Shown here one piece after another: positions 29,480 through 38,972 of a stretch of DNA of 63,518 bases. The translations under genes and the position numbers were made by a program. This DNA is from an uncultured Verrucomicrobiota bacterium (GTDB taxonomy: Bacteria; Verrucomicrobiota; Verrucomicrobiia; Limisphaerales; UBA9464): NCBI GenBank assembly GCA_903854475.1, contig CAINWP010000040.1, forward strand, positions 1-63,518. Reading direction: 5' to 3'. The notes below the pieces were generated by a model. That model saw only the letters and a list, made by a program, of their open reading frames with translations. It did no database searches and was not told the DNA's origin. Numbering within the stretch: the first letter of the stretch is position 1; each line of letters opens with the position of its first letter.

Positions 29480-30603
29480 ACGTTGAGGGATTCCAGGACC
29501 TTCGAACGGGACTGGAGCACTTCGAGGATGGCGTCGTCGCTGACAAAGGGCTTCTGAGCATCCAACTCCCCTTCCCACTCAATCATCGCGGATGAGAGGA
29601 GTCGGGCCTTCATGGCAGGATGCGTAGGGATTTCGTCTTGAGAAGCGCGGCTGCGGACCAAACGCATCTCCCGTTCCAGCCAAGACACCGAGGACAAGGG
29701 GGTGTGAAGCTCTCTGGGTAAATCTACTACCGAGAGTGTCGAAGCTTGAGCAGGAGCCGGGGTCTTCACCCAAGATGAAATAGGATGCCCTTCGGACAAA
29801 TGCTTGGCCCAGCTCTCAGCGAGAAGCATCGGATCGCCACGGAATCCCGGGTGCGACCGTCGAGCTTTGACATTCGAAGTCGCCCCGCGAACTCGTGACA
29901 CAAACTGACGTTGGCAAACCTGCAATCGGGCCTGTGACCACTGTGCAGCTGCGGCCTCGAAGAGCCCGGGGGTCATCCGTGCAGTTAACCCACAAATCTC
30001 CCCAATGCCTCGCTGATCTAGGGCTCGAAAAATCTCGGGCCAGTTGGGATTGCTGGCCGCACCCAAGGTGAAATCCGCTACCATGCGATACCCATGCTGA
30101 TCCACGGCCACCAGACACGTGGCTGGCAGGCACTCGGATCCAGAGTTCTGGCTAATTCGCTCCCGCCAAGTCAGCACGAAGAGCCAAAAGTGCCTCGGGA
30201 GTCGACGACGTCGCCACCCGCGGATTTGTGAATCTAGAGTGAGGGCTGCTCGCTCGACTTGAGACTCGTCAAAGCGCAAACCGCACCGTTCATCCAGCCA
30301 ATCTCTGGCCGGATTCGGTGCCTCTCTCCGGAGAAATGCTGCCGCGATTGCCACCTGCCGGGCTCTATCCATCCAGGTGCCCTGATCCAGCGGCGGTGGC
30401 CGAAACGGTGTGAAGACAACATTTCCCTCGTCCGGCGACCGAGATCCCTGAGTTGATGAGGGAAACTCGTGGGGCAAATTGGCTACCAGTTCCCGCAGGA
30501 TCGAAGCCAGCCGCGAGTGCCCTTCGCGGTTCAGCACCTGGATCGGGTTCTGGGGATTCACGGAATCCTGAAGTTCCATGGCAGATGAGTTTTCCAGAGT
30601 CAT
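29476..30603 (-). CDS. IS256/Mutator-family transposase homologue with degenerate catalytic site (putatively domesticated)
   Basis: Colinear IS256-like blocks 'CGLRFDESQVERAALTLDSQIRGWRRRRL', 'VAVDQHGYR', 'WPEIFRALDQRGI', 'PGLFEAA...ARLQVC' and 'LPRELH...WLERE'; uninterrupted 375-aa ORF with ATGA overlaps at both ends. Confidence 0.75.
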   Translation of the reverse strand: MTLENSSAMELQDSVNPQNPIQVLNREGHSRLASILRELVANLPHEFPSSTQGSRSPDEGNVVFTPFRPPPLDQGTWMDRARQVAIAAAFLRREAPNPARDWLDERCGLRFDESQVERAALTLDSQIRGWRRRRLPRHFWLFVLTWRERISQNSGSECLPATCLVAVDQHGYRMVADFTLGAASNPNWPEIFRALDQRGIGEICGLTARMTPGLFEAAAAQWSQARLQVCQRQFVSRVRGATSNVKARRSHPGFRGDPMLLAESWAKHLSEGHPISSWVKTPAPAQASTLSVVDLPRELHTPLSSVSWLEREMRLVRSRASQDEIPTHPAMKARLLSSAMIEWEGELDAQKPFVSDDAILEVLQSRSKVLESLNV

Positions 30604-32396
30604 GGAAGCAATGATGAGTAGGTAGTCACGTGTACCAGAGAGTTATTGGCGACCATCGGAGCAGGTGGCGCCATCTCACCCCGCTCCTCCACCTGCATCC
30701 CCGGCTCGGCAGTGATGCCGCTGATGCGAAGGAAGTCGTGGATGTAGCGGGCTGAAAGAGCGACGGCCCCGGAGTTGGGGTAAGCCTTGGGCGCAGGATC
30801 GGTCACGATTCCGAGGATCTGACCAGAAACATCGAGCACCGGGGCACCCACCGTGGACAAGGGCATCCGGTCTGAAAGGGTGAAGTAGCGGGGATCGGCC
30901 TTGAGCCCCGAGTTGCGAGCAACACGGGACCGATGCGCGCTGGGTTGCAGCGTGTCGCGCGAACTAGTTCCCGGCTCCATGTGCATGCAGAACACCCATG
31001 AGCCGGGTCTTATGGAACTACGGTTGGTTTGGACCGCCAACGAGTGGAAAGAGCGGGCTCCACCTTGGATTTGAACAATAGCCAGGCCGAGGAGCGGATC
31101 CACCTTGACGGGAGTTGCCCGGAGTTTGCCCCCGACAATGCTCACTGTGATATTACGGGAAGAACTGGATACATGCCTCGCGCTGGTCAGAACATGCCCG
31201 GCTCCGGACACAATGAAGCCCGCTCCGAAGGCGCTGGGCATCTCATCAGTCATCCGGGCGTTGGCTTGGATGGCGGCCACCCCGTCATCCCGGAAAGTTG
31301 AGGCAACGGGTTTAAACTCGTTAACCAAAGTCTGTCCGCGATCCAAGTCGATCGGGGCAATAATACGCATCAATTGACGTCGAGCGGCCGAGGCCACCTC
31401 CAACCCCCCCACCTCGGCGAGAGTCCACCAACGGTAAGTTTCGGCCATGTCTGGTTTTATTACGCGACCTCGGTAGTAATATTGCCCCAGAAGGTACTGA
31501 GATTCGCGGTGTCCATGTTCGGCAGCCTTTCGCAGATAGTTCTCGGCCATGACCGGATTTTGAACACTGCTTCCCGAATCATAGATCACCCCCAATTGAT
31601 ACTGGGCGTGCACGAAGTCAGAGTCTGCTGCCCTGCGGTACCATTGGATCGCTCGCGACAAATCCACAGGCGTCCCACGACCGTAGTGATGGAGGCTTGC
31701 CAAACTGCACATCGAAGGAACAAAGCCGTGCTCCGCCGCTCGGGTGAACCAAACCACTGCATTGGATGCCTGGTTTTGATCCAAATTAAGTTGCCCCAAC
31801 AGGTGTTGAGCGGCGACGAGTCCTTCACCGGACGCATGATCCAGATATTTCCGGGCAGCAGACCAGTCCAAGGGCAATCCATTGGTTCCTGTGTAATAGC
31901 TCCGTCCCAGATTATAGAGAGCCACGGGATTTCCTAATTCAGCGGCCTGCCGGTAATACGACATGGCCTTGGCAATGTCTTTGGGCACTCCCCGCCCCGT
32001 CTCATGCAAGTACCCCAAATTCACCAATGCAGGTGAACTCTGGCTTTGTGCCGCCCTTGAATAGGCATCCAAAGACATCGGGATGGAGCCAGCCACCTGT
32101 TTAAGTTGGTTGGATAAACCGACGTTAAACCAAGACCAGGACGCATCCGATGGCCCGGATGTGTCAGGAACATGCACCATGGGAGGGAAAGCATCGCTGG
32201 ATGGGACGTTGCTCTCAGCCGTAGGGGGTGCGTCAGCGATTGAAGCCGGTTGAGCGGGTTGAGCGGGTTTCTCAACAGGTGGATCGACGGCCCAGAGCGA
32301 GCCACCACCCGCGGAGATCATTGCAATCACAAGGAGTCCAGACAGAGCCCTTCTCACTCGGGTCTCCGTGGATTGCATTGTTCGCGATACCAACAT
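30600..32396 (-). CDS. Exported Sel1-repeat protein with C-terminal trypsin-like domain lacking the catalytic triad
   Basis: Signal/TM segment, 6-7 Sel1 repeats ('NLGYLHETGRGVPKD...AAELG'), and S1-protease scaffold 'GAGFIV...HVLT' and 'GAPVLDVSGQILGIV'; start at ATG 32396 or 32378. Confidence 0.85.
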   Translation of the reverse strand: MLVSRTMQSTETRVRRALSGLLVIAMISAGGGSLWAVDPPVEKPAQPAQPASIADAPPTAESNVPSSDAFPPMVHVPDTSGPSDASWSWFNVGLSNQLKQVAGSIPMSLDAYSRAAQSQSSPALVNLGYLHETGRGVPKDIAKAMSYYRQAAELGNPVALYNLGRSYYTGTNGLPLDWSAARKYLDHASGEGLVAAQHLLGQLNLDQNQASNAVVWFTRAAEHGFVPSMCSLASLHHYGRGTPVDLSRAIQWYRRAADSDFVHAQYQLGVIYDSGSSVQNPVMAENYLRKAAEHGHRESQYLLGQYYYRGRVIKPDMAETYRWWTLAEVGGLEVASAARRQLMRIIAPIDLDRGQTLVNEFKPVASTFRDDGVAAIQANARMTDEMPSAFGAGFIVSGAGHVLTSARHVSSSSRNITVSIVGGKLRATPVKVDPLLGLAIVQIQGGARSFHSLAVQTNRSSIRPGSWVFCMHMEPGTSSRDTLQPSAHRSRVARNSGLKADPRYFTLSDRMPLSTVGAPVLDVSGQILGIVTDPAPKAYPNSGAVALSARYIHDFLRISGITAEPGMQVEERGEMAPPAPMVANNSLVHVTTYSSLLP

Positions 32397-32409
32397 CTCG
32401 CCATCCCGC

Positions 32410-32425
32410 AGCAACTCGCAGGCCA
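32410..32425 (-). promoter_or_regulatory. Sigma-54 (-24/-12) promoter of the leftward operon
   Basis: Minus strand TGGCCTGCGAGTTGCT: GG-N10-GC with TTGC. Confidence 0.65.
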
Positions 32426-32444
32426 ATCATTCTCTGATAACTAA

Positions 32445-32460
32445 TGGCACGACCCATGCT
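32445..32460 (+). promoter_or_regulatory. Sigma-54 (-24/-12) promoter of the flgB operon
   Basis: TGGCACGACCCATGCT: perfect TGGCACG and GG-N10-GC. Confidence 0.7.
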
Positions 32461-32471
32461 GCGGGGAGGGT

Positions 32472-32855
32472 ATGACTGAAGCGCTGTTTAGCAGCGTTAA
32501 TTACATGGCGGAGAAGCGAAGTCTGGATGCGTGTGTCGAACGGCAGCGCGCCTTGGCGTCGAACATCGCTAATCTTGAGACGCCCGGGTTTCGGCGGATG
32601 GACGTCCCTGCTCAGTTTCGCAGTCAACTCTCTGAGGCGGTCCGACGTCAGGATGTTTCGGCGATGAACACTCTTCGGCCGAGTGCTGCGGTCGACACTT
32701 CAGCTCCGGCGCGGACCCCTGATGGTAATTCAGTCAATTTGACCGACGAGTTAGTTGCCATGCAGGACAACGGGTTGGAGCACAGCCTGCATGTTCAAAT
32801 GATTTCCGGTCGTATGTCCCGGCTTCGAGCCGCCATCAGTGGGAGGATGTCGTGA
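32472..32855 (+). CDS. flgB: Flagellar basal-body rod protein FlgB
   Basis: 'RQRALASNIANLETPGF' and 'DGNSVNL'. Confidence 0.93.
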   Translation: MTEALFSSVNYMAEKRSLDACVERQRALASNIANLETPGFRRMDVPAQFRSQLSEAVRRQDVSAMNTLRPSAAVDTSAPARTPDGNSVNLTDELVAMQDNGLEHSLHVQMISGRMSRLRAAISGRMS

Positions 32856-33277
32856 ATCTCATTCCGGGAGCCAATAGCGCATCGCAGGGGCTCCGCGCTG
32901 AGCAAGTCCGACTGGAAATCATCAGTCAGAACATTGCCAACGCGCGCACCACAAAGACAGCCGATGGCGGGCCTTATCAGCGGCAGTCGGTCCGATTTAA
33001 GGCGGCACTCGGGGATGCCATGGCAGCGCAGTCGTCGTCTTCGGCCAAAAATGAACCGACGCTAGAAATCGTCCGGGATCCCCGCCCTGCCGTACGGGTC
33101 TACCAACCCGGTCATCCGGACTCCGACAAAGAGGGGTTCGTGGCCTATCCCGCCATCAATATCCACGAGGAGATGGCAGACCTGATTTCCGCCAATCGTT
33201 CGTATGAGGCCAATATCGCCGTCATGCGCAACGGGCGGGCTTTGGCACAACAAGCCCTCTCCATCGGGAAGCGTTGA
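32852..33277 (+). CDS. flgC: Flagellar basal-body rod protein FlgC
   Basis: 'SQNIANA', 'GGPYQR', 'YQPGHPD' and 'RSYEAN'. Confidence 0.95.
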   Translation: MNLIPGANSASQGLRAEQVRLEIISQNIANARTTKTADGGPYQRQSVRFKAALGDAMAAQSSSSAKNEPTLEIVRDPRPAVRVYQPGHPDSDKEGFVAYPAINIHEEMADLISANRSYEANIAVMRNGRALAQQALSIGKR

Positions 33278-33303
33278 GTACTGACTGACACCGGCCCGAC
33301 ACC

Positions 33304-33645
33304 ATGACACCCATCACCAACAGCTTCTCCAGCAATCTCGCCGCAGCCTGGGCGCGGCCCGCGATGGCCAAGACGGCGGGAACGGCGTCCAGTGTCGCTG
33401 GCGAAACTTCCGTTGCAGCACCCGGATCCCGATTTGGGGATTTGCTCTCCGAAATGGTGCAGAAGACCGACGCCAGTCAGAAGACCTCCGCAGCAACGAC
33501 CGGTGCCATGCTCTCCGGTCAGAATGTTCCGTTGCATCAAGTGATGATCGCTTCGGAGGAAGCCAGTATTTCGTTCCAACTGATGCTGGAGGTCCGCAAC
33601 AAGCTGCTGGATGGCTATCAGGAACTCATGCGTATGCAGGTCTGA
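33304..33645 (+). CDS. fliE: Flagellar hook-basal body protein FliE
   Basis: 'LHQVMIA...EVRNKLLDGYQELMRMQV'. Confidence 0.95.
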   Translation: MTPITNSFSSNLAAAWARPAMAKTAGTASSVAGETSVAAPGSRFGDLLSEMVQKTDASQKTSAATTGAMLSGQNVPLHQVMIASEEASISFQLMLEVRNKLLDGYQELMRMQV

Positions 33646-33708
33646 AATAGCACCTGAATCCACGTGCAAACCTGAGTCCAAGTCTAGAAGCCCCGTTTGA
33701 TTTCACCC

Positions 33709-35457
33709 ATGGAAGTTGTCCAAAAACTGACCAAGCAGTTGCGAGACATTCTCGCCAAGCTGAGCGTCACCCAGAAGGTGTTGTTCGGATTGGCCGGTCT
33801 CGGAATAGTGATCGCTGGTATCGCCGTCGCCCTGCTCGGTGGCAGGACTGATTGGCGCCTGTTGTACGGTCGATTGGACGCGGCCGAAGTAGGCCGGATT
33901 GTTGGTGTCCTAGAAGCCCAAAAGGTTCCTCACCGCATTGTCTCGGGTGGATCTGCGATTCAGGTTTCCGCCGAACAAGTTCATTCCCTGCGGGCTCAGC
34001 TTGCCGCCAAGGGCATGCCCAAGGCCGACGGAACGGGTTTTGAAATTTTTGACCGCCCCGCCTTCGGCATGTCGGACTTCGTTCAAAAAGCCAATTATGT
34101 ACGAGCCCTGCAGGGAGAATTGGCTCGCACCTTGCAGCAAATCGACGGTGTCGAAAGTGCGCGGGTCATGATCGTTCTCCCCGAAAACCGGCTAGTGATC
34201 GACGCCCAGAGGAAGGCCACTGCGTCAGTCTTCCTGAATGTTCGCATGGCTGGTTTGCTCACGCAGGAGGCCGTCAGCGCCATTCGTTTCCTGGTCTCCA
34301 ATTCTGTGGAGGGGTTGCAAGCTCGAGATGTCACCGTGGTGGACAACTACGGAGCGATTTTGTCAGAGCCGTCCGACGAAGGTGGAGGTGCTTCGGCGGT
34401 CGGTGGTCAATTGCAGCAGCGCAAAAACATTGAGCGGTACCTGACTGAGAAGCTGCGGTCCATGTTCGAGACCATACTGGGTCCGGGCCAGGCCGTGGTG
34501 CGTGTCTCGGCTGAGATCTCCTTCGACGCTGTGACGCGCAGTTCCGAATACTATGATCCGGCCGGATCGGTTCCTAAGAATCAGAAGAGGACTCAGGAGA
34601 CCACCGAATCTATTAATCCGATCGCTGGCGGGGTAGCTGGGGTCGCCCCAAATACCGGAACCAACGTTAATTCGGCCGGAAATCAGGGTTCCCGACTCCA
34701 GAAACTGGACCAGACCGATGACTTCTACGTCAGCCGCAGCCAGACCAATATCGTGGGTGGTATCGGTGGGCTTCGTAGAGTCAGTGCGGCGGTTTTCGTC
34801 AATCAGCGCTACGAAGGCAAAGGAGCCGATCGCAAGGCAATCCCTCGGACCCAGTTAGACATGGATAAATTGAAGCGGGCCGCAGAGCGCGCTCTGGGTC
34901 TGACGAAGGGTGACGAAGCTTTGGGAGACGTTGCCGTAGAGGAGCTGTCCTTCAACGAAGAACCGAAAATCGAGGAGACCGCGCGATTGGATCGAGAAGC
35001 TCTCTGGTTCAAGGGTGTAGAGGCTGCCCGTGTGGGTGGTATGTTGCTGGGTAGCTTTCTTATCTTGTTCTTGCTCTGGCGAATGCTGCGCCGTGGTTCC
35101 GAAGAGATGATCGCCGCAGGGGTCCCCGTTGGCCAATTGATGGCGGGCCAACAAATGATTCTTGCCAATGGCATGGTTGCGGCTGGAGGCGCTCCCGGAA
35201 CCGCCCCGGGCGGAGCGGTCGTTGCCGGCGCACCTGTTTCAGCCAAAACCGACTCAAATAACGCTGGAGAAGAAGAGGACCTTGAGGCTGCCCAAGAGCA
35301 GAAGAAGAAGATGAAGATGGATTTCGGACTGAGCAAACAGCGTCCGGAGCGGGTCACGCTCGAAGTGCTCAAGGACCTCATCCGAGACAACCCACAAAAG
35401 ATGACCCAAGCCGCACGAGCCTGGCTTACAGCGAAGCCTGAGGAGGACGGCGAATGA
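33709..35457 (+). CDS. fliF: Flagellar MS-ring protein FliF
   Basis: 'GFEIFD...FGMSDF', 'RALQGELARTL', 'ATASVFL' and two TM segments. Confidence 0.95.
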   Translation: MEVVQKLTKQLRDILAKLSVTQKVLFGLAGLGIVIAGIAVALLGGRTDWRLLYGRLDAAEVGRIVGVLEAQKVPHRIVSGGSAIQVSAEQVHSLRAQLAAKGMPKADGTGFEIFDRPAFGMSDFVQKANYVRALQGELARTLQQIDGVESARVMIVLPENRLVIDAQRKATASVFLNVRMAGLLTQEAVSAIRFLVSNSVEGLQARDVTVVDNYGAILSEPSDEGGGASAVGGQLQQRKNIERYLTEKLRSMFETILGPGQAVVRVSAEISFDAVTRSSEYYDPAGSVPKNQKRTQETTESINPIAGGVAGVAPNTGTNVNSAGNQGSRLQKLDQTDDFYVSRSQTNIVGGIGGLRRVSAAVFVNQRYEGKGADRKAIPRTQLDMDKLKRAAERALGLTKGDEALGDVAVEELSFNEEPKIEETARLDREALWFKGVEAARVGGMLLGSFLILFLLWRMLRRGSEEMIAAGVPVGQLMAGQQMILANGMVAAGGAPGTAPGGAVVAGAPVSAKTDSNNAGEEEDLEAAQEQKKKMKMDFGLSKQRPERVTLEVLKDLIRDNPQKMTQAARAWLTAKPEEDGE

Positions 35458-36497
35458 GTGGCATGGAAATAGCCGCCCGGGAGATGCTTCGTGGGAAAAC
35501 GGTCCCAACGGGGCCCGTTCGCCTCACTCCCTCGCAGAAGATGGCAGCCTTACTAGTGCTGCTTGGCGAGGAAAGCGCCAGCATCTTGCTTAAGAGTCTC
35601 GATGACAACGAACGCGAGCTCGTGTCATCGGAAATGGTCAATTTGCCGCTCATGACCGTCGAGCAGCAGACCTCTGTGCTCAAAGAGTTCACGGAGATGG
35701 CAATTCAAGCCAATTCCGGGGTGAGCGGATCGGTCGAATACACGCGGATAGTGCTCGAGAAGGCAGTGGGTCTCTTTAAAGCAGCGGAGGTCATCGGACG
35801 CGTGGGTACTCGGCGTACCTCAGTGGCTGCGATGCAGCAAATCATCGATCTCGATGCCACCTCTATATGCAATCTTCTTAAGGAGGAGCAGCCGCAAACC
35901 GTTGCGCTGGTGGTCAGTTATCTGACGGCCCAGAAGGGATCAGAAGTGCTAAAGAGTCTTCCTGAAAGTCTTCAGGAACAGGTCATTGAGCGTCTCGCGA
36001 CACTGGCTTCTACCCCGATCGAGGTGGTGGAGACGGTGGGCGAGGTTCTTTCCAAGAAAATTGGTCGCAAGGTGACCAAAGCACTCAACCAGACCGGAGG
36101 TATCAAGGCGGCGGCGGCTACCCTGAACGCGATGGAAAAGACCATCCGCCTGGGAATCCTCAACAAACTTGATGAGCGGGTGCCGGATCTGGTGCGGTCG
36201 ATCCGCATGAAGATGTTCACCTTCGACGATCTGGCCACTCTGGACGTCAAGTCCCTCCAAAAGGTTCTCCGTGAGGTCGAGGCCGCCCGACTGGCCATTG
36301 CGCTGAGCGCAGCCAACGAGAATCTGAGACAGTCCCTTCTGGGGGCGCTGTCGAAGCGTGCGGCCGAAACGGTCAACGACGAAATTTCCAACCTCGGGAA
36401 AATCAGTCTTCGCGAAATCGAGCAGGCACAAGAAGGCATCGTGGATGTCGTACGCAAGCTCGAGACCGACGGTGAGATCTCCCTCGACTCCAATTAA
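35454..36497 (+). CDS. fliG: Flagellar motor switch protein FliG
   Basis: 'KMAALLVLLG', 'EQPQTVALV', 'GG' linker and 'MFTFDDL'. Confidence 0.95.
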   Translation: MSGMEIAAREMLRGKTVPTGPVRLTPSQKMAALLVLLGEESASILLKSLDDNERELVSSEMVNLPLMTVEQQTSVLKEFTEMAIQANSGVSGSVEYTRIVLEKAVGLFKAAEVIGRVGTRRTSVAAMQQIIDLDATSICNLLKEEQPQTVALVVSYLTAQKGSEVLKSLPESLQEQVIERLATLASTPIEVVETVGEVLSKKIGRKVTKALNQTGGIKAAAATLNAMEKTIRLGILNKLDERVPDLVRSIRMKMFTFDDLATLDVKSLQKVLREVEAARLAIALSAANENLRQSLLGALSKRAAETVNDEISNLGKISLREIEQAQEGIVDVVRKLETDGEISLDSN

Positions 36498-36505
36498 ATG
36501 ATCCT

Positions 36506-37138
36506 ATGACTCAAACACTGCTGCAACATTCGTCCGCGCTTCGGGACATTCGGCTCTCGGTGCTGGGCTTCCACCGCGAAGAGCGATTGTCTCCGCCGGT
36601 AGACCTCGAAGCAATGCGTCGCAAGATCGAACATGAGGCGTATCGTCGTGGTGTGGCGACAGCCACCGAAGCGTGCGAAGAGCGGGTTCGGGTCCTGCGC
36701 GAGGAAATCGAGATGAAGCACCGGCAAGAGGTCGGCGTGTTTCTTGAGCAATTGTCCCAAAAGATGTCCACCCAGTTGGCTGAGCGGATGGAGATTCTGG
36801 AGAAAGCCTTGCTCCAACTGACGGTCGAGGCCGTAGCCAAGATCGTCGGGAGCCTGCCCATCACCGTGGACGTCATTGAGGCCAGCCTTCGAGAGACACT
36901 CGGAGCAGCCCTGGGCTCTCAGGTGCTGCGAGTGATGCTCAATCCGGAGGATTTGAAGATGCTCGAGAATGCTTCCTACAGCGAGGTTCGATCCCAATGC
37001 GCGGCCCGTGGAATCCAGCTGACACCCGATTCGGCCGTGGATCGTGGCGGATGTCTCATAGAGACCCAGTCTGGTTTCGTCGACGGACTCCGATCCTCGC
37101 GCATCGCCAGCTTCAGCAGCGCCCTTGAGGGAGCTTGA
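36506..37138 (+). CDS. fliH: Flagellar export protein FliH
   Basis: 'AYRRG', 'LNPEDL' and 'VDRGGCLIETQSGFVD'; lies between fliG and fliI. Confidence 0.85.
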   Translation: MTQTLLQHSSALRDIRLSVLGFHREERLSPPVDLEAMRRKIEHEAYRRGVATATEACEERVRVLREEIEMKHRQEVGVFLEQLSQKMSTQLAERMEILEKALLQLTVEAVAKIVGSLPITVDVIEASLRETLGAALGSQVLRVMLNPEDLKMLENASYSEVRSQCAARGIQLTPDSAVDRGGCLIETQSGFVDGLRSSRIASFSSALEGA

Positions 37139-38550
37139 TGTTTGAACTGGTTCCAGACAGCCCGACCGGTCTTCGGTTTATACAGCAGGCGCAGCAGCGC
37201 TTGCGAGAAGCGCGCCTGACCACCCCTGTGGGGTCCGTGGTGCGCGTTGCGGGGCTAACAGTCGAGTCCTTGGGCCCCAAGGCGGCCCTTGGCGATGTGT
37301 GTCATATCCGCTGCTCCAACGGTCGTGAGATTAGCGTCGAGGTAGTGGGTTTCCATAATCAAAACCTCATTCTAATGCCTCTCGACACGATCGACGGATT
37401 GTGTCCCGGGGACGAAGTTCGTACTAGTCCCCAGCGGCGACGGGTTCCTCTGGCCTCAGGTCTTTCCGGCAGGGTCATCGATGCCTTGGGAAAGCCCATA
37501 GACACTGGACCTCCTCTACAATGGATTGCGTCCACAGGAGATGGCGCGGTGCCAAACCCCTTAACTCGGGCCCGAATCCACCATCCGCTCATCACCGGAG
37601 TCCGGGCCATCGACAGCTTCACCCCACTGGGGCGAGGTCAACGTGTGGGAATCTTCGCCGGAAGCGGCGTGGGTAAATCAACTCTCTTAGGAATGATCGC
37701 CCGCCGCTCGGATGCGGACATCAATGTGGTGGCACTGATCGGCGAGCGCGGACGCGAGGTGCGTGAGTTCCTCGAAAATGATCTCAGCGAGGTGGGGCGT
37801 GCCCGCTCCATTGTCATCGTTGCAACGGCCGACCAACCGGCATTGCTCCGGGTGAAGGCGGCTTTTCTGGCACTGCAAATCTCGGAGCAACTCCGAGATG
37901 AGGGGCGCAAGGTGTTGCTGATGATGGACTCGGTCACCCGGTTCGCCATGGCGCAAAGAGAAATCGGTCTCGCCGTCGGAGAACCGCCCACTGCCCGGGG
38001 TTATACGCCTTCGGTCTTCGCGGCCCTGCCTCGGCTTCTGGAGCGCGCAGGAAACTCCGATCGCGGGTCGATCACCGGTATTTTCACAGTTTTGGTGGAG
38101 GGTGATGACCTGACTGAACCCATCGCCGACGCCACCCGTTCCATTCTCGATGGTCACATCGTCCTTACCCGTGAATTGGCGGACCGCAATCACTGGCCAG
38201 CCATCGAGGTGCTCGGAAGTATTAGTCGCTTGAACCGGGATTTGTTGAGCTCGGATCAAATCATTCTTCAAGGAGAAGCCCGCGAATTACTGGCGTTATA
38301 CCGCCAGAACCGGGATTTGATCGGAGTGGGGGCCTATGTGGCCGGTTCGAACCCCAAACTCGATCGGGCCATAGCAACCCTGCCCCACCTCGATGGATTC
38401 TTGCGGCAGGGCCAGACGGATGCGCCGTCTCCGACTCCCTTATGGGAAATGTTGGCGATGGCGTTGCGTCACGGAATGACACCGATCGGCAACGCCTTGG
38501 GAGACCGTTCAAAACCTGCTGGCGCGTTTCGTGCTGCGACGACCCGATAA
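37138..38550 (+). CDS. fliI: Flagellar export ATPase FliI
   Basis: Walker A 'AGSGVGKS', 'GERGREVREF', 'MDSVTRFAMAQRE' and 'ILDGHIVL'. Confidence 0.96.
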   Translation: MFELVPDSPTGLRFIQQAQQRLREARLTTPVGSVVRVAGLTVESLGPKAALGDVCHIRCSNGREISVEVVGFHNQNLILMPLDTIDGLCPGDEVRTSPQRRRVPLASGLSGRVIDALGKPIDTGPPLQWIASTGDGAVPNPLTRARIHHPLITGVRAIDSFTPLGRGQRVGIFAGSGVGKSTLLGMIARRSDADINVVALIGERGREVREFLENDLSEVGRARSIVIVATADQPALLRVKAAFLALQISEQLRDEGRKVLLMMDSVTRFAMAQREIGLAVGEPPTARGYTPSVFAALPRLLERAGNSDRGSITGIFTVLVEGDDLTEPIADATRSILDGHIVLTRELADRNHWPAIEVLGSISRLNRDLLSSDQIILQGEARELLALYRQNRDLIGVGAYVAGSNPKLDRAIATLPHLDGFLRQGQTDAPSPTPLWEMLAMALRHGMTPIGNALGDRSKPAGAFRAATTR

Positions 38551-38553
38551 GGT

Positions 38554-38967
38554 ATGGGTCGATTCCGATTTAGCCTGGAAACGTTGCTTCAGATACGCGC
38601 CTCTCAGGAGAGTGCGGCGGCTCAAGCGTTGGCTCGGGCTAATCAGGACCAGATGCGCTGCCAAAACGATCTGGACCGGGTGATGTCCGACAGTCGTTCG
38701 CTCAACGATTCGCTCTCCGAAGGTGGAATCGCTGCATCAATCTCTATAGCGCTGCGACCCGGACTGCGACTCAACGCCGAGCGCGCTCGAGTCGCTCTGG
38801 CAGCCCAACAAGTAGTGGTTGTCCAACGTTTGGAGGAGTGGAAACAAGCCAAGCTCCGTCTAAGCCTTCTCGAAAAACTCCGCGAAACCCGTCTCAAGGA
38901 ATATCAGCGATCCGAACGGTTGGCCGAAGAGCGCAACCTCGACGAACGCGTCATCCAAAGCTTGTGA
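38554..38967 (+). CDS. fliJ: Flagellar export protein FliJ
   Basis: 'FRFSLETLLQIR' N-terminus, 'LEKLRE...LDE' coiled coil; follows fliI. Confidence 0.85.
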   Translation: MGRFRFSLETLLQIRASQESAAAQALARANQDQMRCQNDLDRVMSDSRSLNDSLSEGGIAASISIALRPGLRLNAERARVALAAQQVVVVQRLEEWKQAKLRLSLLEKLRETRLKEYQRSERLAEERNLDERVIQSL

Positions 38968-38972
38968 CTCTC

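Noticed and set aside
29476-30603. Active IS256 insertion sequence or simple pseudogene
   Set aside because: Two catalytic Asp and the CxxH His are replaced and no TIRs or target duplication are visible, so it is not active. The ORF is intact and coupled on both sides, so it was not called a pseudogene.
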